A DNA stretch of 64,000 nt, from the NCBI GenBank assembly GCA_025786725.1, contig JAHLTZ010000003.1:682001-746000 (forward strand). Reading direction: 5' to 3'. The DNA comes from Syncephalis fuscata S228 (taxonomy: Eukaryota > Fungi > Zoopagomycota). This document shows, in pieces, positions 35,456-48,020 of this stretch (position 1 is its first letter; every line of letters starts with the position of its first letter). The notes under the pieces are model-generated. The model was not told where the DNA came from. It was given only the letters and a program-made list of their open reading frames with translations, and ran no database searches. Made by a program: the position numbers and the translations under genes.

Positions 35456-37890
35456 ATGAATGTAAATTTGTCTAATTTCAACGAGGCTTTGCCTTTGTTT
35501 GAGAAAGCAATAGCCAAGGCAGACTTCGTAGCTATAGATTGTGAATTGACAGGTAGATTCCGAGTTAATGCACGCGTCATGCAAAATGTTATTAAACAGC
35601 TACATATAGGCTTGCAGCCACCTGGATATCAATTAGCAATACAGGACGACGAGGCACAGCGGTATGAAAAAATACGACAGGCCTCAAATGCCTATCGTGT
35701 TATTCAGTTTGGCGTATGCATATTTACCACCGAAAAGCCTGTCAATTCAGCCGAGATGGAGTTGGATGATAAGCCGCGTATTGTGGCTCATCCATTCAAT
35801 TTCTACGTGTTTCCCAGAGAGCGCGGCGACCTCTCTCGCGGAGGCGATTTCATGGTTAACTCGGGCAGTTTTGCCTTTCTTTCATCTCATAATTTTGATT
35901 TTAATCAACTTATTGCAGCAGGCAAGTCTATGATCAGATGTAATAGCTTCAATATTTATTGTGTAATACAGGCATTCCTTATTGGAATTATCGACAAGAA
36001 TCAGACGCAATAGAACGAGCAAATAATAATCTACAAAAAGCTGATATAGCAGAAACACCGGAAAATGCCGAGTTTATAAAGCAAACGACGTAAGTAACGA
36101 TCCATTGTTTTTTAATTATAAGCAATGTTATTCACTATTATAATTAGAGAGACAATCGATCATTGGTTGCAACAATCGACAGAACGAACATTACAAATAG
36201 CGGCAATGAACTCATATTATCGACGAATAATATATCAGATAGTTCGTAATAAGTAAGATTAGTTTTAATTTGCTGTACTATCGTATTTACATAAACAATA
36301 AGATATAATGGATTTTTGATCGCCAAAAACAACGAACAAAACGTAGAGGTGAAACGATTAACAGAGACAGAAAGAGAGACGATTAGCAAGAATGCTGGCA
36401 AAGTAAGCAACAATACACTGAATGTTTATACCACTATATTGATTATAATTATAGGCTGCGTTGATTGATGTTGTAAATGCCAGTGAAATTATACGGCTTA
36501 TTGCAAAGGCTCGTAAACCATTGGTAGGACATAATTGTCTACTAGATTTAGGCCATGTAATGCAGCACTTTTGGGATGATCTACCAAAATCCATAGAAAA
36601 ATGGAAATATATGCTATTTGAATTAACCTCTTGGTAAGTTGTTAATACTAAATTAAGCAAATATGATTTAATCAGTGTTAAATATCAGTATAGTGGATAC
36701 GAAATATTTGGTGCATAATCACCCAGAATTAGTAAGTAGTTTAATGGCGATGGCAGTGTCTATTGCTTATTGAACATTTAATATATTCTATAGAACACAA
36801 TTACCAATTCAGCACTTAATCATCTTATGACATCTATGGGACAGCCTCCGTTTATTGAACACTGCCCAGATATTGGTAATTGACAAGTTGACAACCAACC
36901 ATAATCTAACTCTGTTTTAGTATTTGCCGATCAATTTTCACGTTACAGCGAATGCAGTACATTGTATCACGAGGCCGGCTACGATGCCTACTGCACTGGT
37001 GTCTGTTTAATCCGTATGATTAGTTATGCTTGTCGCTCTAAAGGCACGTATACATGTATTGGCTTCGGTGGCCCCATTGCTAACTACAACGGACCAGTAG
37101 ATAATATTAATTTAAAATTTGAAAATACTATTGCCAATTTACTGAACGAAGAAAGCATTCGTAGTATATGCAACAAAATATATTTAATGCGCTCCGATAT
37201 GAGCTGTATGGACTTTGCTGGCTATGATATCCCACCGGGTAAGGATACACACTATTGATACAGTTGATCGCTAATCATTGCAATCACTTTAGAGCCTATC
37301 GTGGCACCAGTACCCATAGCATTTACATTTACTGGCATACCTCGTATTCTGGACACTAACACAATTAGTGAGATTTTATCGTCGCTTGGCCTGCTCTTTG
37401 TAGAGTGGAAGGATAATAACCAATGCCGTATTATATTTAAAGATCCATCGGTTGTAAAGGAAAGCTATGTGCAATCACTACTTGATAGTAATCAAAAAGC
37501 AAATATGGACGGTGCAATTATTTTTATGGAACAAGAAGATACAGAAGTTGATTTGACACAATTACAAATTAATTCCAGTGAGCAGATGGAAATAGGTAAG
37601 CTATAGTGTGGCAGATCGTTGGTATTTAGCTAACAAAATATTACGTAGCCGATACGATTGGATCATACAATCCACTTAAAAGACCACTTACGACGAATGG
37701 CTCTGGTAATACGACTAATGCCAATGGCAGCGGCTATTTGGGCATTGACGACAATGAACCAGAAGAAGGAGAAGTAGATATGGAAAGCGATACAGTCAAC
37801 AACAAGGAGGCAACAACATTAAATGAAAATAATATTAATAATGAATCGACCGATAGAGTTTTACCACACAAGCGGCGCCATATTAATTAA
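35456..37890 (+). CDS. Poly(A)-specific ribonuclease PARN (CAF1/DEDD family with R3H), multi-exon
   Basis: MNVNLSNF...ADFVAIDCELTG, IQFGVC, PFNFYVFP, FLSSHNFDFN...GIPY, KPLVGHNCLLDL, VDTKYL, YHEAGYDAYCTG. One GC-AG intron at ~35921. Confidence 0.9.
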
Positions 37891-37969
37891 TAGCGCTTAA
37901 TAATGTTATTATGATAAAATAAAGGAAACCATTAGGCATTTTAACAATTAATACCTTGCTTATTTAGCA

Positions 37970-38447
37970 TTCTATATATCATTCTATACCCGCCTAGCCT
38001 TCCTCTATCTAAAGCTATTTTTATTTTATTCTAGCTTTATTATTAATAAAGCTCAAATCATTTTAACTCATTCATTTAAAAGCCATATGTAATTGAAACC
38101 TATAAAAATGGAATATGTCTAATATGTCATATAATGATATGTGATAATATATAATAAAATAGAAAAATATATGCACACTGAATATATGTATATTGGATAA
38201 CGAATCTATGATGACGAGTATTTGATGATTGATGTCACTCACCACCCATCATCATGTTCAATAGATTCAATATTATTAAATGTTAGTCATTTGACCACCA
38301 AGCAAACAATAAATGTGATGATGTAATGATTAAATAAAACTCACCACTTGTCCCATGTTTAATAGATTGAATGTGCAGTTCAATTGCGCGAATATTATTA
38401 AAAATAGTCATTTGACCACCAAACAATAATAGATTATTAATAATAAA
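37970..38447. mobile_element. Foldback/MITE-like repeat, copy 2 (one arm)
   Basis: The reverse complement of ~38275-38447 is nearly identical to ~6746-6916. 37975-38280 aligns directly with 7198-7270 and 7417-7670. Confidence 0.65.
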
Positions 38448-39343
38448 AAATAAAAAATGAAATGGAATTAGCTATTGATAACTTTGCTTATTTCTCAAAC
38501 ACTAATAATTTAAATGTTTAAGATATATGTAGTGCACAACAATTAAATAGTTGGAACTAGTTTGTATTTATATATATATTGTCTAAAAAATGTAAACATT
38601 TAATAATTCTAATCGATTAAGCATTGCATTTAAAGTGGGCAATGTCGTTATCGGTGTATATGTAGTGTATATAATTATTTGTATATATGTATATGATTCT
38701 AGAGGTAGGCTTATGTATTGATCCACCTGTAAAATTTAATACGTTATTGTATAAAATTTAAAAGTGGCCAGAATTCGTCAAGAATCCAATAAGCTGTATT
38801 GTTTGGTATCGGAAAAGGTAATCATCATGCAATTTCTTCAAGTGGTTGTGTGCAATTCTTGTAAAAATGATACACAAACACAAACTGTAAGAGTACAAAC
38901 AGATTTGCATTTAACTAAAAAAATCAGACTTTGCTTATAAAGCTGAATCATATAAAAAAATAGCCAAATGGCGGAAATCATGTCAAGGAAATAAAACAAA
39001 AAGTAGGCAAGAAAACGGACATGAAATGGCGTTGATATAACAACGCATGAATGAATCAAAAGACAACGGCTGACAAAAGGGCGCGATAAAGCAAAGCTGA
39101 AAAATAGAAGTGCGGCAAGATATGCGGCATTGAATATAAATAATAAAAACAGAAAACAAGATAAACGCATAGAAATAGGAAAGGAATAAAAGGAAAAGAA
39201 CGAAACTAAGCGCACATAGAAAGTCATGATTTAGAGAGATCCGGATCATTATAAGTGTAGATTGGTGTTACTAGTGTCGTTAAGCCAAATTATTGAGATA
39301 CTCAGTTTAGTAAGATGCACATTTCAATGTTGAAGTTGCCTTC

Positions 39344-40795
39344 TTAGTCCTCCTCTTTGACAACAACCGCTGCTTCATGGTCCTCTTCTGTAGCCGTGGG
39401 TGTACGACGTAGGGCATCGCGGGTGGTGTGGAGTCAACTGGAGAGCATGAGTCAAAAACGACTTCATTATCGGCATCTGAGGCTTCCATATCATCTTCAG
39501 CATTGCTATCGTGTAATTGAGCATTAAGGGTAGGATCCAGATCCGACGCCTCGTCTTTGATGCCCAACTGACGACGCAATTCGTGAATATAAGCAATGGC
39601 GCCTTGTAGCACGGAGAGCTTGTGCAAATGATCTTGGCCACGGCACGATGGAACTAGACGACGTAAGTGGCCAATTTCGCTATTGATTCTTTCACGACGG
39701 CGGCGTTCAATGGCCGAGTGTGAGACACGACGTTGGTGGTCGCGCTTGTCGACAATTCGGCGAGTAGCGCGGAATTTAGAGATTTGTGATGCCATGGTGT
39801 TGGCAGGTGGGACGCCAGCAGAGCTTGACGCGGTGCTGCCGTTGACTGGCTTGCCATGGCTGCCTGAGTTATTGAGACCCACTGAGAATACAATGTTACC
39901 CGAATGGTTGGGTACATGATTGGATGCGGTGGCGTTTACGTAGCTGACTCGTTCAATATGTGATTCGGTGGTTTGATGATGATTAGACTGAAGTGTAGCA
40001 TTGACAGGAGTTGTAGGTGTAATGGGCGTTGGTCGTACAGTCATTCGTTGATTTTGATGATATAATGGATGTCCATGATGGGTGGGGGAACGAACAATGG
40101 GGATCATTGGTGGCTGAATAGCATCTCTTGTTTGATGGAGATGTTGTTGTTGATGGTGTGATGATGATGATGGTGATTATGACGATGTGGATGGTTATGC
40201 ATAGGCATATGTGTTGGCGGAGCCAAAGGTGATTCCGGTGTATGGAATTGTGGCAATGGCAAATGAGGATGGCCATGACTGGCAAATTCAGAAGAGCCAC
40301 GGTGCATATTAGCATGTCCGTGGATTGGATGTAGTCTTTGGAGAGAAAGAACAGGCATTCTTGGAGAAAAGTCCTGACCATGAGCCGACTTTCCAGATGG
40401 CATGTTATGCATGCTGCGAGGTACCGGCAAATATGATGCATTATTGCTAGGGTGAGCTATTGGCGATAGACGCTCTGGACCGTGGTAGATGCCACCATGC
40501 GAGGCTGGACGTTCATTGGGAAGAGGAAAGATGGGCATGGGCGCGGTGTGGGGGCGAGTCATTACCGCTTGTTGCTGTGGAGAACGAGAATGGAATTCGT
40601 CCGTTGGTGGAGATGGCATGCTGCCTCGTTGGTGTTCCAAGTGTGGCAAATGATGGTAGAGTGGTGTTGAATGTGTAGTCTCGTTATAGGTGTTTGCTTG
40701 AGGGATGGGTTGTTGCATTGAGGATGACCGTTCGAATACATTCGAGGGTGCTTGTGTTGAAGGTGAACGTGTGGCTGTGGCTGTTGATGTTGCAT
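39344..40795 (-). CDS. Class B bHLH transcription factor with long His/Pro/Ser-rich N-terminus; apparent -1 frameshifts at ~40719, ~40107 and possibly ~39412
   Basis: RRVSHSAIERRRRERINSEIGHLRRLVPSC...LHKLSVLQGAIAYIHELR. ORFs 40562-40801, 40104-40718 and 39307-40107 join if CAA-TG is read as CAA-ATG. The stop is either 39344 (with the third correction) or 39307. An upstream acceptor at ~40801-40807 has an ACTAAC branch at 40853-40848. Confidence 0.85.
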
Positions 40796-43700
40796 GTTCA
40801 CTAAGCTATAGAGTAAAAAAATTCAAATAAAAATCAAATTGAACAACGTTAGTAATTTGCGTTAAAATTGTAATAATGATCAAAATATTAAATACGCGTA
40901 CGGAGAAAGAGGCCAGGTTCAAGTTGGTGCTTGTACCAAGTGTACAACAACGTACTTGTTGTGCACTCCCGTCTTTCATGCAGTGATTAAAATTGCATAA
41001 ATACACCAAACCGTAAAATTGCAATACATAGTAATTTTACGTATATGCTTATGACAATGTATAAATATAGATCAAACGAAATTGGATTGGCCAATAATGA
41101 GTAAACGAGCGAATAATTGAGCCATATCGGGCTATGCCATTTCATGTTTGAAACATCAAAATACAAATAGCCCTGTTCTTCAGTCAAGGTTTGTTTAACT
41201 GGAAGCATCCAAGGGTACGACGTATTGACCTGATTCCTGAAATCAGCCTGAAACCGATATTATTTTAGTAATATCACAAGGTCATATGGAAAATAAAAGG
41301 TGACAAAGTATGAAACGTAATTGGCAGTCAAGGTAAAAAACACGATTTCTCATGTGTATATGGATGAATTATTTGCCAGGTATCCGTGAACAGATTAACC
41401 GAGGTGTTGTAAAAAGCCACAATTAACAAGTGACGAATAATTGAAAAGTAAAAATACAGGCGAAACTACTCAAAAGGAAACACAAGAGAGAACAAAATAC
41501 CGGTACCAACAGTAGGAATGCGCCAAGAAATATGCGTAATTGCACTTAAGTTATAAACGGAAATAATAAAACGCATCTTGAGCGCATTGCTTATGCATCT
41601 AATGCCTTATCGCCTGTAAGTAAAAGCTCAACATCCAAAAGCATGCAAAGAAATTATGTTATGGCCTATAAAGCCTACTGCTTGTTAAGGCCGTGCACGT
41701 TTGCTCAAAATATGTTTTTGGTAGCTTAGTGAACAATGAAGTCATTGTCACCGCCATTACATGACAATAAATTATAAAAATAAAGATATGAAACACAACC
41801 AGTGTTGGGGAAAGCACAAAGTAACACAAGTGTATTAAGGATCAACCTTTTGCCTGAATTTGCCATAGGGGAGAAATGGCGTGCAGCTTTGGATTGTTTA
41901 GGAATAGATGGACTTACCGAGTTGCTGTAGCAAGATTTACCAAAAATAATAAAGATTGATGTTAACAAAAATGTTTACAGATACTGTGCGCAAATAGCTT
42001 TTCTTCGACAATAAGCAATAGAGCACGGCAGTAAAGTGAGTGAAAATAACAACTAAGCAAGTGTACTGTTGTTGCTGTTATTGTTAGAGTGAGCGGTAGG
42101 AGAAATATGTGTTTGAGGTTATCTGCACTTGTAGCAGTAATGATGTAGTAGTAATCAGAAGGTTTTGAAGACTAGCGATGAAGAAATGATAAGTGAGATA
42201 ATTAATTGCAAAACAAGGACGCGTATCTTCGACTTTATATGTCTGGCCGACTAATTGCTTAAGGTAGTAGCTAGAATGATTGCTGGCTACCATGATGCCC
42301 GGAATATTGTCGGCGATTGGCCAATAACTCCGCAGAACTATTGCTTAGCACTAGATACCCTGCATTATCATGGTTATTCGATGAATTGCTTTCCAAGTAA
42401 AAATAGGCTAGACGCAGTCCAATCACAAGGTAGCCTCAACAAAGTACAGCTTTCATCCAAGGCGATTGAAGTTGGTACCGTGTACAAGAAAGCCAATGGC
42501 AACCAAGGAGCTGGTAGATTAAGCATGAGCGAAGGTGGGTAACTATTTCTAAACTGTCGCCTTGAGCGAGGGATCGCATGATCAGGTTTCCATTTCGATA
42601 CAGCCTAGAATGAACGTGCCAATACACCACAGTTGAGCTCGTCAAAAGCGTGCCCCACATGATCAGAGCAGAGTGTACAGTGTGTTTGAAAGGCGACAAA
42701 CGAATACGCACACGTGTATTATGAGACGAATAGGTAGCGCAATCGTAGCACATATACGAAACAAGTGAAATATAATGACTGATTACAAAGCGATAGATGA
42801 ATAATATACAGAAAATATGTTGCCAAAATCTTAATCAAAAAGTAAACATTCTACAAAAGTACAAGGTACTACTTGGCTCAAATCTCCAGGTACTTGCAGC
42901 TATGCGGGCTGGAATAACGCGCATGTTTGCAACACCAATCAAAAGCTGCTATAACTAGTTGCTTGGAATTATTGAGCGAAGCCATAGATAGTTCATTGAA
43001 CATTACTAATACGGCGGATTAAAGGGCATCCCGTATAACTGTTTGAAGAATTACGCCGAACACTTCTTTAGTATAGTTAATTCTATTCTATGAAACTTGA
43101 ATACCGGAAAAACTGATTGAAGTTTAGCCGGAAACAAGGCACACTTTAGATTAGTCAGGTAGTCAATGAAATAGCCTGAATATGCTTTATTATGTCATTT
43201 CGTGGTATTGTAACTTGTTTAAGTGGGAAATAGTATTTTTACAAGGCAATATTCAAACATACCTAAAATAACTTTCTATTTTCAGCAAATGCAAATAGCC
43301 AAAAATAAACACCCAAAATATAAAAACTATCTACTATCTAACACAGGCCGTTAGTACGATAGGCCTAGGAAACCAGCAGACAAAGGAGGCTATTGCCTTG
43401 CTTACTAGCTGATACAGTTTAAAATAGAATATTAAATATTTTAAACATTATATTATTTACAAATATTGCTGTGTATACTACGGCGCAAAAATACAAACAA
43501 ATAATCACGCATGGACACTCAGCAAACAACATTGCAAAGACAAGATCTAGATCCTAATTCAGTGAATTGTTTACAAGGTGTAACCAAGTATAGCAATTGG
43601 CATATTAATTAGGAAGGAAGGTTCTTTTCTCGGTATAAAATAACGGGGAAGTATCAATTTCACATGCAAATGCCTGATCAACACGTGGCGCTTGTTAGGC

Positions 43701-45710
43701 CAGCACAGAGAGACCATTAAATTACCGGGAAATAAGCCTAGAAATGGCCTCTTGGATTCATTTCAAGCTTTTTCCCTCGTGGCCCAATAGCAAAGAAATA
43801 ATCTGTAGCTATTTTAGTTATGCATGTGTAGGAACAAGGTTGTTTCTGCATCTGCCAGTCATCACAATTTTGTAGCAAGCATCTAGACTTTTTAAATGGC
43901 CAGACCGGTTCTAGACAATGATCGTTTTTTGCCTTCTAAAGGAATCATTTATGCAAGTCTCCTGACAAGGCAATTACACACCCCATACTATGAGGTTTTA
44001 CGAACACAAACCAGTTAAGTAACGTTGTAATAACATGAAAATGGGAATGAACGATCATATTGTCGATGAGCAATCACACACACATGCGCACACGGGCTGG
44101 ACATAGCCTAGACCACCTGAGGTGCATTGTAATTACGCGTCACGCTACACGTTACACGCGGCCACTTGGCCCCCGACCTCCAAATATCAATTAAAAGTAC
44201 GGCTTTACATAGATCTGGATGAGCTTTGCTGTATACTCATGTGCAGGTGGAATTTCGCTGTATGCATAAATATATCTGCCTTGACCTTTGGAAATTAATA
44301 TCCAATGGTGACTATGTGTACCTACTTTGATGCTATCAAGTTTTATAAAACCGGTTAAATCATCACTGTGATTTGTTCCCATATTTTGTCCTTGGCACTA
44401 CGCTGTAATTTACGCGCGGGGCACTTGCATGCATTCATTAACAAACCACCAATTACGTTCATTAATTCAAGTCTACAACACTGAAGATTAAGCAATATAT
44501 AACCCACCCTAATCCATACGCATATAATAATAATGAAATTTATTTAATATGATAACCCATGTTAATAAATATTACCACGACACATATGACTACAACATTA
44601 TCAATGTTAAATTTCAATATTTGCCGCCAAAGGATTAGGAGGCGCATCATTTGCCAAGCCCGAAGCTGTCGTCGGAGCCGGTCTACTAGTCAATACCGGA
44701 TTGTTCACTAAAGCCGATGCCGAGCCGCTTATTGACGGCAAACTTTTAGCTCTTCTGCCCAATCGTGCTGGCTTGCCCAAGACAGCACGGTGAATATGAT
44801 TTGTATTTGCATTCACTATAATTGTATTAGCCACGAAAGCCATGGCAAAATACAGGCGACGTCAACAGGAAAAATATATTGTAGAACAAATAATAGTAAA
44901 TATTTAGCGGAAAATAGAAAGTGAATAGATAACATTAATTAGTTGCGTATACTGTGTGGGCTACTTAAGCCTATGTTTAGGATGAGTTGCCAACAGGATG
45001 CACTAAATTGGCGATATAATCAAAGTACAGTTTGAACCAATAGAAATTCTTCTACGACGGTCCGAAATATGTGTATGCATAATTTCTGTTTACATGCAAT
45101 GTGTACTGGTAGGTTCTGATATGACCGTTGCCAAAAGCATGATCCAATATGAATTATGCGTCTAACCTAATATTTTTATACTATTTTTTATTTATACTAG
45201 GGATACAGTTGTAAGCTATGGTTCTAGTAATTGTTTTCTTACTATATTATCTTTTAAATTATGAGCATAATTTATACAATTAAAAGATTAGCACACCAAG
45301 TTTTCCAAGAGAAGGTATATTTGATTTCTAAGAGTTATAATTGGTCGTACAGGAGAAATAGTCATTTTGAATAAATAAATCACGCAATCAGTATCTATTA
45401 CTTTAATAAATGTTTAATTATTTATTAATAAAAAAAGGCAATACAATTACATAGATAGTATACTACGCCAGTTCTGGATAGTTGTACACAAGTTTGTGCT
45501 TATTAATGCATAATAAGCCTATATCTTTATACATATATCATGTATACAATAGCAGCAGCATGGTCAGTTATAGTGTATCAATACTTGCTGATGATAATTA
45601 AGTGATTACTGTCATGTTGTATGACACTGATGATTGCAATACACAAATATAAAATAGATTTATAAATAGTTTATTTAATGAATAATGGTGATAAAAGAAA
45701 TGAGTAGCAA

Positions 45711-47360
45711 TTAAAATGACATGTCTATTATTCTATATTCATCGTTATCTACTATCAGCATTGCGTTTCTTGTGTTAAATGTATCATTTAGTAATAAGGC
45801 AGCTCTAATCACTTGGCCAAGTTTTACAACAGTGCCTCGACGCTCGAATACTTTTTTGTATAGATACTCGGAAATTGTTGTGTCCAAATTTTTAGAACGA
45901 TTTAAATCAACTAAATCTACCGCTATAAATTTGCCGTCAGATTTAGAGCTATAAATAATAAATCTTCCGATATACAACGAAAGAAGCTTAGCATACTCGT
46001 TTATATTTAGCAGGCGAGGAGCTTCAAGTGCTGAGCGCAAAGTTTCTTCATCGATATGTGCTAGTCTAGCTCCATCGATTAAGCTGTGGACCGCCCAACT
46101 TTTCGAATACATAACAAGAATGCGGTTGGAACCGAACAGTGGTACTGTACCACAAAAATGACTGTTAAGTGTCCAAATGGGCTTTACGTCCTTAATGCAA
46201 ACGTTTGAGTATACGCATTCTGTTGAAATCATGGCCATGCTTATTTCATCTGCACTATTTTTGTTCGCCATATTAACAGCTAGCTGTGGGTTATTTGCAA
46301 TCAAAACTCGATCATCATCTAATTTTCTAACAAGAACTACAGAGTTTTTGAATTTCTTAAAGCAGATTTCTCCTTGCATTAGACAGCGTGGACCATATCC
46401 TAAATGGCGATTTGAAAACTCCCATACGTTCCATTTGAATGTGGTAGTGGTATCCGTGTGATGTAATGTTCTACTAAATACGGTTGCTGTTTCTTCAGTA
46501 GCTCTTAATAAAAAAGATCCGCCATGATAAGTTGTAATAATGCCCATGCACATTTGGCCGTTAGCAAGATCAAAAACGCGGGTGGTTGTTAGTACATTAG
46601 ATCTATCCGTATCTTCGGCTCCTAGTTCTAAATAGTTAGCCATCATCCAGCGGCCACGGATGCTTGCATTATCACATAAACAGGAGAATTGACGCGGTCG
46701 CATAATTGAGACTTGATGCACTGGCCAAATGGAAATGATACATGTTTTTTCGTGAATAAAATTTACGTTGTTTGTTTGTTTAGTAATAGTCACTACGAAT
46801 CTGTCTGATATCAAGCATTGTTTTGCATGAGATTTATAGTTTGCATCATTCCGAAATAGTTTACGCAAACGCCAAAATCGTTTACTTGGTGCTTCTCCTA
46901 TTGGCTGGCATTGCTCAAAAATGGAACATTTCCGCAAGTCAGTATGCCGATAAGCAATTCGTTGCAATACAATAGAACGGATGTTAGCTGGTTCTTCTAT
47001 CACTACATCCTTGATTGGATATGGCGTGACTTTAAGCCAATTTGCATCAGTGGCACGTCGACAGCAGAATGCATGAAACCACTCGATGTGCTGGTTGTTC
47101 AACTGAGCAACGTTGATTGTTTTTTTGGGCTGTGCTGCCAACAGTTTTGATATACGTACTGTCTTTACATACCAGGCTAGCCATTTCATCTCATTGTCGT
47201 CAGCAAGATTGTAATACTGCTTATATCGCTGATGCCAGAGACTATTCTGTTGACTGACACAATACCGCAGTCATTTACTGCAGCATGAAAGTAGAACAAG
47301 TGAGTCGTTGTCGGCATATACGGCAACACGACCAATAACAAGTATAGGGATATAATCCAT
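45711..47360 (-). pseudogene. F-box-like protein B, paralog of 25921-27570, with premature stop W30* (TGG>TGA)
   Basis: Same 1650-nt length as copy A. TGA at 47273-47271. The downstream 492-aa ORF from the next Met is intact but lacks the F-box. Confidence 0.75.
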
Positions 47361-47784
47361 TATGCATAATTAAATAAGACAAAAAAATGGTGGTAGCTGG
47401 ATTGCTAAGGACTATTCATGTCGACAATGCTTTCTTGACGATAGACAATTATGATGCGTAGCTATAGTAAACATATGCTAGACGCGTATTTTGAGTAGAT
47501 ATATTGTGCAACCTTCAAAGGCCTTGAATCTTTGAAATGATCCATTTACAAAATAATAATTATGTTCATATAATATATTCTATCTATCATAATAGTGCTA
47601 TTCTGTGTTATAATATTAGTATATTTTATCTCTTTTATTAATAAAATATAGAATCTCTTCTCTTAGATGCCTTAATACAACAGTTAATTATATTCAATAG
47701 AAATACGGCCACATTATTTAGTTAGTCGATTGTTTCAATTATGTTAACGTCATTGTATTAATGATAAGCATTTTATTAACCATT

Positions 47785-48020
47785 TAATGTAATTTGTGGT
47801 TCAATGATTACATTTAATAATATTTGTGCAACTAAACTGTGCATTCTTTTTATTGAACATTATTATGAGTGGTAAACGATATTAAAGTTTAAAATGCCTG
47901 CAGATTATTACCAGTATGCATATATTCTCTATTCGCATATATTATTTTCATTCTGTCTCACACTACTATATATCATTCTACGATATAATAGATATATTTT
48001 ACTTGTTATATGTCCCAATA
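47785..48020. mobile_element. Degenerate copy 3 of the foldback/MITE-like repeat
   Basis: TTTGTGGTTCAATGATTACATTTAATAATATTTGTGCAACTAAACTGTGCATTC...TATTGAACAT...CCAGTATGCATATAT...CATTCTACGATATAATAGAT resembles 6765-7100. Confidence 0.5.
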
